Assembly: GCA_049509455.1 (NCBI GenBank)
Contig: JBEKZX010000043.1
Span: 1-12,748 of the forward strand
From: Conexivisphaerales archaeon
Lineage (GTDB): Archaea > Thermoproteota > Nitrososphaeria > Conexivisphaerales > DTJL01
Direction: 5' to 3'
DNA: 12,748 nucleotides
Below are positions 1 to 6,818 of the stretch, piece after piece; position 1 is the stretch's first letter; each line of letters opens with the position of its first letter. The notes below the pieces were generated by a model. That model saw only the letters and a list, made by a program, of their open reading frames with translations. It was not told the origin of the DNA and did no database searches. Both the position numbers and the translations under genes were made by a program.

Positions 1-114
1 AGGTGAACCATGCCGATAGTATCATAATAATGATGCATCTCTTAACCTTATTGCATTTGGATATGGGAATCATGTGATTTGAGGCAGATTGGTGAATTCC
101 TCCAGCGTAGTTGA

Positions 115-261
115 ACAAAAGTTACGCTGCTTGATTACATTACACTGAAGGGTGTGCTGGGGAAGCTTTTTGGCGGACTCGCCAAAGGAAGACTCGAGAA
201 GTTACTAGATGAAGATATGGAAACGGCCAAGAGCTACATAGAAGCGAATAAACCGAGTTAG
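115..261 (+). pseudogene. C-terminal remnant of a possible SRPBCC/START-like protein
   Basis: Frame +1 reads TKVTLLDYITLKGVLGKLFGGLAKGRLEKLLDEDMETAKSYIEANKPS* (strand then amphipathic helix, resembling SRPBCC C-termini). It is preceded by an in-frame TGA at 112 and more stops upstream, so there is no intact start. Family call is by resemblance only. Confidence 0.3.
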
Positions 262-292
262 AGAACAAAAGACCACTAGATTGATTGATTGC

Positions 293-535
293 CTAGAATC
301 TGTCCTCGTAAGCAGGTCCAAGCCTAGGTCCTCCTCCTTTGGCGTACTTCTTCCAGGGGCGCTTTTCGAGAAGTGCGGAGTCAATAGCTGGAGGTGCTGC
401 ATGGTTGCTGGAAGTGGCGCTCTGCTCAGTTGCGGCGTGGCTCTCCCCGTTGAACCTCTGCCTCCCGAGGACGTAGACGATGTTGCTGAACTGCCTCTCG
501 GTGTCGTTGGCCATTGCTTTCCAGGAACTACCCAT
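293..535 (-). CDS. small hypothetical ORF (start uncertain: 553, 535 or 514)
   Basis: ORF divergent from DUF1801 across an AT-rich stretch (541-570). No recognisable motif. Confidence 0.2.
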   Translation of the reverse strand: MGSSWKAMANDTERQFSNIVYVLGRQRFNGESHAATEQSATSSNHAAPPAIDSALLEKRPWKKYAKGGGPRLGPAYEDRF

Positions 536-598
536 AGCAGTGTAATACTTCAATATCTATTTCAATATAGGACGCCTTCAGTGTGGTGTGCGCCGTCG

Positions 599-1018
599 AT
601 GAACCCATCCGAACTTATTGACAAGCAAATCGCAGACCTTACGGACTGGCGCGGCAAAATGCTTGCCAATCTTCGCAATATCATTCATGATGCTGACCCC
701 GAGATAATCGAGGAATGGAAATGGATGGGCACTCCATGTTGGTATCACGATGGACTAATTTCGGTGGCTAACGCTCACAAGGATAAGGTAAAGCTGACTT
801 TCTTTCAAGGCGCAAGCCTTCCAGATCCGGACAAGCTCTTCAACGCCGGCCTTGAAGGCAATAAGTGGCGAGCAATCGATTTCCACGAGGGTGACAGAAT
901 CAATGAGCGCGCTCTGAAAAATATCATCCGTGCTGCCGTGGCTTACAATCGTGCTGGACTGAAGGGGAAAACCCCGGCAGATGCTCGCGGGATTCGGGCT
1001 AAAGTACACAAAAAATAG
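599..1018 (+). CDS. DUF1801 (YdhG-like) domain protein
   Basis: MNPSELIDKQIADLTDWRGKMLANLRNIIHDADPEIIEEWKWMGTPCWYHDG...KVKLTFFQGASLPDPDKLFNAGLEGNKWRAIDF matches the DUF1801 pattern (EEWKW-G-P-W, LTFFQGA-L-DP). ATG 599 chosen over the track's 281 start because an AT-rich TATA-like tract lies about 30 bp upstream. Confidence 0.9.
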   Translation: MNPSELIDKQIADLTDWRGKMLANLRNIIHDADPEIIEEWKWMGTPCWYHDGLISVANAHKDKVKLTFFQGASLPDPDKLFNAGLEGNKWRAIDFHEGDRINERALKNIIRAAVAYNRAGLKGKTPADARGIRAKVHKK

Positions 1019-1051
1019 AATACGCCTTCTGGCAATCCCGTATGATTGCAC

Positions 1052-1198
1052 TTACTTTTCCGGCGGCTGGAGTAGCGAGAAATTGTTTCCATCTGGGTCG
1101 CTGACATCCAATGCGGTAGCAGTCAAGCGGCCCGGTGAATAGAAGTCACCCCATTTTCGCAGGTCCAAGCCCACGTCGAAGATTGGCGGTCGCTGCTG
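1052..1198 (-). pseudogene. VOC/glyoxalase family C-terminal remnant
   Basis: Minus strand reads ...LDVSDPDGNNFSLLQPPEK*, the DPDGN motif of VOC proteins. Neighbouring frames give ENGVT and LFTGPLD, suggesting frameshift decay. No start codon; the 5' part is replaced at repeat copy 1. Confidence 0.55.
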
Positions 1199-1270
1199 TT
1201 CTTTCCAGCAGCGATAGATATCCAAAACTATCGTGACCAGCTTGGTCTGGGCTCTCGAGCATCCTAGTGA
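1199..1270 (+). repeat. Dispersed direct repeat, copy C1
   Basis: TTCTTTCCAGCAGCGATAGATATCCAAAACTATCGTGACCAGCTTGGTCT...CCTAGTGA. 24/28 ungapped to the core; similarity to C4 extends to CCTAGTGA. Confidence 0.9.
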
Positions 1271-1336
1271 AGAGGGAAAGCTTCAATGTCGTGGGAATTT
1301 CGTCAAGCAGTCCCCTGCGTTCTTGGATACGCGACA

Positions 1337-1360
1337 CCCGCCCTGGCGGGCAACCTTTTT
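1337..1360 (+). terminator. GC hairpin followed by T-run
   Basis: CCCGCCCTGGCGGG then CAACCTTTTT. The transcript it would terminate is unknown. Confidence 0.25.
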
Positions 1361-1388
1361 CAGATGGTTCCCCCGAACTTTCCAAGTA

Positions 1389-2108
1389 TTGGTCTGCTTT
1401 GTGGTTTGCAGGAACTGTGGACCCCTCCCCTTCCCGGTGAACCCGTCGCTATCGCTTCGCCGCCAGTCCGCAGAGCTGGCTGGCATCGTCGCGACTTCGG
1501 CGTGCAGCAAGTGCGGCTTGCTGAGCCTTGAGCTGAGGGAGTTCACCGATAAGGACGGCGCCATCATCGAATCCGACCTGAGGAGAGAGGAGCCTGAGTA
1601 CGGCAGAACGCAGGACCTCCTGAGGGCCTTGGCCGATGCCGACGATGAAGCCGAAGTCTTGGAGGAGATCGATGAGGCCAGCCGTGGCTTGCGGGAAAGG
1701 ATGGGGATAGCGTATGACTTTGCCCCACGCGGTGAGACTCCCGGCATCGAGAAGGAGCTGATAGATGAAGAGAAGCTGGAGACAGCGGAACCGGAGCCTG
1801 GTGTGTACCTGCCGGTCATCCGGGTGGAGGGCTGGGCGATTAAGACCCAGCCAGACCTCAGGACCGATATCTACATGATGAAGGATCAGGGAGACATTCT
1901 AGTCGCGTTCAAAGTAAGCCTCGACGTTCGAATCTACTGGTTCTTCACATCCATGACCAGGGACCTGGCATGGCTGAAGAAGGTAGTCGTGGCGAGGAAG
2001 GTGGGACTGGCTTTCGTGAACGGAATCCATGTCATGCGTCTGGACGATTCCTCTGCGCGCGAGGTAAACCTGGTCCTCCTTGGCTGGCAGATGGGGGCCA
2101 GAGGGTAG
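1389..2108 (+). CDS. hypothetical protein with N-terminal Zn-ribbon (CRNC...CSKC)
   Basis: Long open frame with gene-like codon usage from about 1390, two CxxC pairs, an acidic helical middle and a beta-rich C-terminus. Start uncertain (TTG 1389 or GTG 1401); the track's 1233 start lies inside repeat C1. Confidence 0.7.
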   Translation: MVCFVVCRNCGPLPFPVNPSLSLRRQSAELAGIVATSACSKCGLLSLELREFTDKDGAIIESDLRREEPEYGRTQDLLRALADADDEAEVLEEIDEASRGLRERMGIAYDFAPRGETPGIEKELIDEEKLETAEPEPGVYLPVIRVEGWAIKTQPDLRTDIYMMKDQGDILVAFKVSLDVRIYWFFTSMTRDLAWLKKVVVARKVGLAFVNGIHVMRLDDSSAREVNLVLLGWQMGARG

Positions 2109-2145
2109 GAAGTCATAATGGCGAACGACCAGAAGCAGAGTTGTC

Positions 2146-2212
2146 CGCGCCCTGACCGAGGCACCGATTTCTGATGAGGCCCAAGACCCCGTCTGGACGA
2201 ACATGCCGGGCG
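2146..2212 (+). repeat. Second repeat family, copy A
   Basis: Ungapped 67-bp similarity to 5264-5330 with exact blocks CGCGCCCTGACCG and CGATTTCTGA; 44/67 identical overall. Confidence 0.7.
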
Positions 2213-2411
2213 TCAGCTATTACACTTGGACAAGATGGCCGTAGAGCGGAATGGAGGACACCGTGCCCCTTTCTCCAACAACGGTCGAGCAGCCTAACTC
2301 ATCAGGAGTATAGCACTCGCTGTTTGAACGACAGAAATGGCGCCCAAGTCGAGATTCGTATTCAGCTTCTCGTCCAGGATGAGGGGGCGTAATGTAGGCA
2401 TCAATCGCCTA

Positions 2412-2450
2412 AATGACATTCATTTCTTTTCCAGCAGCAATAGATATCCA
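2412..2450 (+). repeat. Dispersed direct repeat, copy C2
   Basis: AATGACATTCA-TTTCTTTTCCAGCAGCAATAGATATCCA (core 2423-2450 equals the consensus). Similarity stops abruptly after ATATCCA. Confidence 0.9.
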
Positions 2451-2568
2451 GGAGCAGTCGTCCGTCCGATAAAGTATAATTGGCGCCCTGCTCTCAAGAT
2501 TCCATACACATGAGACCTGGAGAAGGTTGGGCTAGTGGAACGCTCACGATAATCTCTTTCGTTCGCAA

Positions 2569-2575
2569 GGAGGTG
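2569..2575 (+). promoter_or_regulatory. Shine-Dalgarno site of DoxX gene
   Basis: GGAGGTG ends 9 nt before TTG 2585. Confidence 0.7.
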
Positions 2576-2584
2576 GAGACCTAG

Positions 2585-3010
2585 TTGTCAGGTCTCTTAC
2601 AGTTTCTGAACCCGTACGGGCCTGAACTCCTACTCATCCTAAGGCTCGGCGTCGGGGCCGCTATGGCGCTCCACGGTTACCCGAAGGCAAAGGGAGGAAG
2701 GGTTCAGGCTGAACAATGGATGAAGGGCATGGGGATACCGCCGCTCGCCGCCGACCTGGTGACGGTGCTTGAGTTTCTCGGCGGGGTCTTCCTGATACTC
2801 GGCCTCCTGACGCCCCTTGTAGGCCTCTTCTTCGTCATCCAGTTTGGCTCAATCATCTGGATGAAGAAGTCGAAGATGCACGCCAAATTCATCAGCACGG
2901 AGCAGGGGAAGCCCACGTATGAGATCGACGCCGTCTACCTGCTGCTGGCCCTCGTCTTCCTTGTGCTTGGGGGAGGACCCCTCTCACTCGATAGGCTGCT
3001 GGGACTGTAG
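2585..3010 (+). CDS. DoxX family membrane protein
   Basis: LLILRLGVG...HGYPK, LEFLGG..LILGLLT, YEID..YL...L.GGGPLSLDRLL motifs; about 4 hydrophobic segments; SD upstream. Confidence 0.92.
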   Translation: MSGLLQFLNPYGPELLLILRLGVGAAMALHGYPKAKGGRVQAEQWMKGMGIPPLAADLVTVLEFLGGVFLILGLLTPLVGLFFVIQFGSIIWMKKSKMHAKFISTEQGKPTYEIDAVYLLLALVFLVLGGGPLSLDRLLGL

Positions 3011-3030
3011 CGGAAAGGATGTCGCGTCCG

Positions 3031-3082
3031 GCCAATGATATTGATTTCTTTTCCAGCAGCAGTGTATATCCAAAATCATGAC
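3031..3082 (+). repeat. Dispersed direct repeat, copy C3
   Basis: GCCAATGATATTGATTTCTTTTCCAGCAGCAGTGTATATCCAAAATCATGAC. Core 25/28; starts 21 bp after the DoxX stop. Confidence 0.9.
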
Positions 3083-3273
3083 GTCTGACAGGAAAGACCT
3101 GGCTGTTATCAAAGCCGACGATGACGCGGGCGCTGTGGTAATGGTAGTGGTCGTGGTGGACTCTTTCGGTTTATCTCGGGTATTCGTCATTCGTGCTTCA
3201 ATGGCCGCCTTTGCCTCACCTTTCGCCTCCCCCACCGGGGAGCATATTAGTCGGGTTGTCAGATGAAGTTCCG

Positions 3274-3915
3274 TTGAAGGAAGTAGTGCTGGCGGTCGGG
3301 ATGCCGAAGGGCCCCGCATGCCCCGTCCTGAGTCGCAGCTCCGGCCATTGCAAGCTCATCGACTTCAAAGTGAGCTCCCGAAACGACAGCTACCGGCACC
3401 TGGTGGAGCTAGATATGCCGGGGGGAGACGTGCGTTCCATCCTGGCTCGCATCAGGGAGGCCCGCTCCGTTCGTTCGATCGATGTCACCACGGCGGACAG
3501 GCACAAGCTCGTCGCCGAAGTCGTGAGCTCGGGATGCGACATGTGCAAGGCCTTCTCCTCCTTCGACTGCTTCGTGATGGGGGCCTACTCCAGGTCTCCA
3601 AAGGAGATCAGGTGGAGACTCCTGTTGGAGCAGAGCCAGTCCCTGCAGCCCCTCGTCGAACGCCTGGAGGGGATCGGGCTGAAGGTCGGCATACTCAGCA
3701 TCGCCAAGCTGGGGAGGATCGACAGGCTCACCACCCGGCAGGAGGAGGTCCTGCGGGCGTCAATCGACCTAGGCTACTTTGACTATCCCAGGAGGCTAAG
3801 CCTCAAGAGGCTGGCCGAAGCCATCGGGGTGGCTCCGGGTTCCCTGAGCGAGACCCTCAGGAGGGCCGAGAAAAACGCGGTCAGTGAGTGCCTGAAGAGC
3901 CGGAAGGGCACCTAA
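3274..3915 (+). CDS. HTH_10 (bacterio-opsin activator-type) transcriptional regulator with Cys-rich N-terminal domain
   Basis: C-terminal LTTRQEEVLRASIDLGYFDYPRRLSLKRLAEAIGVAPGSLSETLRRAEK is the archaeal HTH_10 signature. TTG 3274 gives 213 aa with C16, C26, C88xxC91 and C99. Confidence 0.9.
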   Translation: MKEVVLAVGMPKGPACPVLSRSSGHCKLIDFKVSSRNDSYRHLVELDMPGGDVRSILARIREARSVRSIDVTTADRHKLVAEVVSSGCDMCKAFSSFDCFVMGAYSRSPKEIRWRLLLEQSQSLQPLVERLEGIGLKVGILSIAKLGRIDRLTTRQEEVLRASIDLGYFDYPRRLSLKRLAEAIGVAPGSLSETLRRAEKNAVSECLKSRKGT

Positions 3916-3931
3916 CCCGTAACCCACAACA

Positions 3932-3949
3932 CCCTAACCTAGGTTAGGG
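3932..3949. promoter_or_regulatory. perfect 18-bp palindrome, putative operator of nirK
   Basis: CCCTAACCTAGGTTAGGG, ending 49 bp before the nirK start. Operator role is inferred. Confidence 0.6.
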
Positions 3950-3998
3950 CATACCTCTAATTCCCTCTTCGCACGATGATTGTGTAGGGTAGAGGGTT

Positions 3999-4955
3999 TT
4001 GTCTGGTAAGTCTAGGAAGAGGGACCTGACGATGCTGTCAGTGGGCGCACTGATAGGTGTGCTCGTTCTTGGAGCCTTGGTGGTAGTAGTGCCGCTGCTC
4101 AAGTTCCCCGCCAAGGCGACCGGCGCACCGTCCAACGTGTCGTTCACCCTGATCGCCGAGCAGCAGCAGGTCCTGATAGCGTCCGGCGTCACTTTCGACG
4201 CCTGGACGTTCAACGGCACAGTCCCCGCTCCCACCATCAGGATCACACAGGGCGAGAACATGACTTTCACCCTGATCAACGACGACACCATGGGCCACTC
4301 GATCGACTTCCACGCCGCCCAGGTGCCCTGGAACGTGGACTACAGGACCATCGGCCCCGGCGAGAACCTCACGTTCTCGTTCATAGCCAACTATCCGGGC
4401 GTCTTCATGTATCACTGCGGCACGCCTCCGGTCCTCGAGCACTTGGGCGAGGGGATGTACGGGGTAATCATCGTCGACCCGGTGACCCCGAGGCCCCCTG
4501 CGCAGGAGTTCGTCATCGCCGTCAGCGAGTTCTACCTGAACTCACAGCCGAATTCAGATGGCAGCTACTCAGGGAACTACCCCGAGATGCTGGCGGTCAC
4601 GCCTACCTACGTCGTGTTCAACGGCTACGCCAACAAGTACGTGGCCAACCCCCTGCAGGTCGTCGCCGGCCAGCTGGTGAGGCTCTACGTCATCAACGAG
4701 GGTCCCTCACTCTTCACGGCCTTCCATGTGATCGGAAACATATTCAGTACGGTCTACGTCGACGGCAATCCAGCTAACAAGCTTGTCGGAGTCCAGACCT
4801 ATACGATCCCGCCGGGAGGAGGGGCGGTGTTCGAGCTGACATTCCCCGGGCCTGGTCAATGGCTGTTCGTCACCCACTCCTTCGCGTACACCGGCCTAGG
4901 AGCCGAGGGAATCTTCAACGTCTCGGCCGCCGGCACCACCCTACCCAGCGGCTAG
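3999..4955 (+). CDS. nirK: copper-containing nitrite reductase (NirK-type two-domain multicopper protein), N-terminal membrane anchor/signal
   Basis: T1/T2 Cu ligands and catalytic residues all present: HSIDFH, YHC, EHLGEGM, FHVIG, FVTHSF. Basic N-region followed by a hydrophobic helix. Confidence 0.85.
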   Translation: MSGKSRKRDLTMLSVGALIGVLVLGALVVVVPLLKFPAKATGAPSNVSFTLIAEQQQVLIASGVTFDAWTFNGTVPAPTIRITQGENMTFTLINDDTMGHSIDFHAAQVPWNVDYRTIGPGENLTFSFIANYPGVFMYHCGTPPVLEHLGEGMYGVIIVDPVTPRPPAQEFVIAVSEFYLNSQPNSDGSYSGNYPEMLAVTPTYVVFNGYANKYVANPLQVVAGQLVRLYVINEGPSLFTAFHVIGNIFSTVYVDGNPANKLVGVQTYTIPPGGGAVFELTFPGPGQWLFVTHSFAYTGLGAEGIFNVSAAGTTLPSG

Positions 4956-5273
4956 ACCACGACCACCACGTCGACGACCACCACGGCCAAGACGACATAG
5001 GTCTCCATCCTCCCCGGTGGTGTCTACTCGAACCACACTCGGTACTACTCCCCCGACCCCGTCACGGTCGTGGTGGGGGTGAACAACACCATCACCTGGA
5101 CGAACAACGACAACATGGTTCACACGGTTACCTCGCGGACGGGTCTCTTCGATTCGGGGCTCATCGAGGCCGGCATGACCTGGACCTACACCTTCGACAC
5201 GCCGGGCATCTACAACTACTACTGCACGCTCCACCCATGGACGAACGGCACGGTGACGGTCCTCGCGCCCTGA
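4956..5273 (+). pseudogene. Thr-rich linker and plastocyanin-like cupredoxin domain, in frame with nirK but separated by TAG 4953 and TAG 4998
   Basis: Same frame: *TTTTTSTTTTAKTT*VSILPGG...YYSPDPVTVVVGVNNTITWTNNDNMVHTVTS...FDSG...YTFDTPGIYNYYCTLHPWTNGTVTV. The position of the usual axial Met is Thr (ACG). Confidence 0.8.
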
Positions 5274-5330
5274 CCGCTGTCACGATTTCTGACACGACCT
5301 ACGACGTCACCGCGATGAACCCGGTGGGCG
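5264..5330 (+). repeat. Second repeat family, copy B
   Basis: See copy A. Overlaps the cupredoxin stop codon and ends 30 bp before C4. Confidence 0.7.
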
Positions 5331-5360
5331 AAGGCGTTGTCCACGTTGCCCAGCCGCAGC

Positions 5361-5449
5361 GCCAACGATCTTGATTTCTTTTCCAACAGCAATTGAAATC
5401 CAACACTATCATGACCGGCTTGGTCTAAGCCAGCGGACACCCCTAGTGA
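5361..5449 (+). repeat. Dispersed direct repeat, copy C4 (longest)
   Basis: GCCAACGATCTTGATTTCTTTTCCAACAGCAATTGAAATCCAACACTATCATGACCGGCTTGGTCT...CCTAGTGA. Core 25/28; GATTTC-N16-GAAATC dyad at 5373-5400. Confidence 0.9.
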
Positions 5450-5608
5450 CGACATCTATTCCCGACGAAGTGCGACTCCGTGATTGCGGAGCTCTAGACC
5501 GACTTGTGCCCGTTTCTAAAAGGGACCGACGCTTGACCGGGTCAAAGTGGACCCCCCAGGGATATTGCGATGCAGATAGGTTCAGTCGCCAACGCTCCGC
5601 ACGGACCG

Positions 5609-6565
5609 TCAACGTCCTCCGGGGGACGGCTTGGTCTGCTTCCGCAGGCCCACCGACAGCGCAGCCGCGACGGCGATCACCGCCAGGACGATCGTTATCG
5701 AATAAAGCGTGGGTATCACGAAGCCGAGCTCCCCCGCTATCATCTTGAAGCCAAAGAAGACCAGGACCACCGCTAGGCCCTTGCTGAGGTACTTCAGCTT
5801 GTACATGAACATGGCCAGCACGGTGTAGAGGCTCCTCAGGCCGAGGATGGCAGAGATGTTCGAGGTGTAGGCGATGAAGAAGTTCAAGGTTATGGCGATG
5901 ACCGCAGGGATTGAGTCGAGGGCGAACACGATGTCCGTCGTCTCGATCGCCAGCAGGGCGAGCACCAGCGGCGTCAGGTACCTCTTCCCTTCATCTTGGG
6001 CTATGAACTTCGAACCGTAGTAGCGGTCGCTGACGGGAGCGAACCTCCTGGCGAACCTGACCAACGGGTTGCGACCCGGGTCCACCTCCCCCATGCCGCT
6101 TCGAGCGAGCCTGTAGCCCGAGTAGATGAGGACCGCGCCGAAGACCCCGATCATCCAGTCGAACCTCGCGATGAGCTCCAGACCTGAGGCGATGAAGACG
6201 CCTCGAAGGACCATCGCGGTGATTATCCCTATGTAGAGCGTCTTGTTCTGGTAGGCCAACGGGACGGAAAAGTAGGCGAAGATCACCGCGAAGACGAAGA
6301 GGTTGTCGAAGCTGAGGGAATACTCGACGATATAGGCTGTGAAATAGAGCAGAGTAGCGCTCCCGCCGAGATAGAGCCCGACCAGGGCGCCCGTCCCGAC
6401 CCCCACGGCGACCCAGACGAGAACCCAGGAGATGGCCCTCCTGAAGGTGGGGCTGTCACCCTTCCGGTGGAAGAACAGGTCTATGCCTATGAACGTGAAT
6501 ATGACCACGTTGTAGAGAACCCAAACCCAGAGGGGTATCTCTGGGAAGACCACGGGGGAGGGCAA
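5609..6565 (-). CDS. TerC/Alx family membrane protein
   Basis: YFTAYIVEYSLSFDNLFVF, LYIGIITAMVLRG, ETTDIVFALDSIPAVIAIT, SNISAILGLRSLY are TerC motifs. TTG 6565 (or GTG 6553) chosen by TATA position. Confidence 0.93.
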   Translation of the reverse strand: MPSPVVFPEIPLWVWVLYNVVIFTFIGIDLFFHRKGDSPTFRRAISWVLVWVAVGVGTGALVGLYLGGSATLLYFTAYIVEYSLSFDNLFVFAVIFAYFSVPLAYQNKTLYIGIITAMVLRGVFIASGLELIARFDWMIGVFGAVLIYSGYRLARSGMGEVDPGRNPLVRFARRFAPVSDRYYGSKFIAQDEGKRYLTPLVLALLAIETTDIVFALDSIPAVIAITLNFFIAYTSNISAILGLRSLYTVLAMFMYKLKYLSKGLAVVLVFFGFKMIAGELGFVIPTLYSITIVLAVIAVAAALSVGLRKQTKPSPGGR

Positions 6566-6592
6566 GACGACGACTCTGGTCGCTCGCGTCGA

Positions 6593-6600
6593 CTTAAATA
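6593..6600 (-). promoter_or_regulatory. TATA box of terC
   Basis: TATTTAAG on the minus strand, 27 bp before TTG 6565. Confidence 0.55.
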
Positions 6601-6785
6601 TGCTCTGGCCAGGAAGGCGCCGAAATCGGTTTGGGTGACGTGCAGGGCCATTCGAACGCACCACTCCCAGAAGAGAGGCCTGAACAGCGCAGAGGCATTG
6701 GAGCCTTGCTCACGATTCCAGAACTGTATCGTATCGAGGCAGCTTGGGGCAGCGTGTAAAGTGTAGCTTGAAGGCCTTCCAAGAG

Positions 6786-6792
6786 TTAAATA
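6786..6792 (+). promoter_or_regulatory. TATA box of TackOD1 gene
   Basis: TTAAATA 26 bp before TTG 6819. Confidence 0.5.
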
Positions 6793-6818
6793 GCCGTGGA
6801 GAGGTCCTAGTTAAGGAA

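Noticed and set aside
509-556. Possible degenerate fifth C copy (GGCCATTG..CTTTCCAG..CAGTGTAATAC)
   Set aside because: Short words match C3, but only with two large gaps; not distinguishable from chance by eye.
281-598. N-terminal extensions given by the ORF track for DUF1801 (281), the Zn-ribbon gene (1233), the HTH regulator (3193), terC (6664) and the TackOD1 gene (6744)
   Set aside because: They run through promoters or repeats, are not domain-like, and shorter starts fit SD/TATA positions and family lengths.
312-1171. 13-bp direct repeat GCAGGTCCAAGCC at 312 and 1159
   Set aside because: No extension on either side, and a 13-mer match somewhere in 12.7 kb is expected by chance.
3078-3266. 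Small ORF starting at the ATG inside C3 (and 2174-2392)
   Set aside because: No motif, SD or coding-like bias; equivalent starts in C1 and C4 lead to unrelated or 5-codon frames.
3999-5273. Genome-wide TAG reassignment
   Set aside because: TAG closes DUF1801, the 2108 ORF, DoxX, the TackOD1 gene and the ATPase at plausible C-termini, and readthrough there adds only short non-conserved tails.
1199-5449. C repeats as a CRISPR array (C4 contains ATTGAAAT, similar to archaeal repeat 3' ends)
   Set aside because: Spacing is 0.6-2.3 kb with whole genes between copies; no 30-45 bp spacers and no cas genes.
1199-5449. C repeats as canonical integron attC or Xer dif sites
   Set aside because: No RYYYAAC...GTTRRRY pair with a long hairpin, and no 11-6-11 inverted arms. 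Only a weak GATTTC-N16-GA(A/T)ATC dyad is present.
6640-6670. TTCGAA T-loop-like sequence upstream of terC (tRNA fragment or yybP-ykoY riboswitch)
   Set aside because: No T-arm pairing or cloverleaf, and the terC TATA lies only about 27 bp from the start, leaving no leader for a riboswitch.
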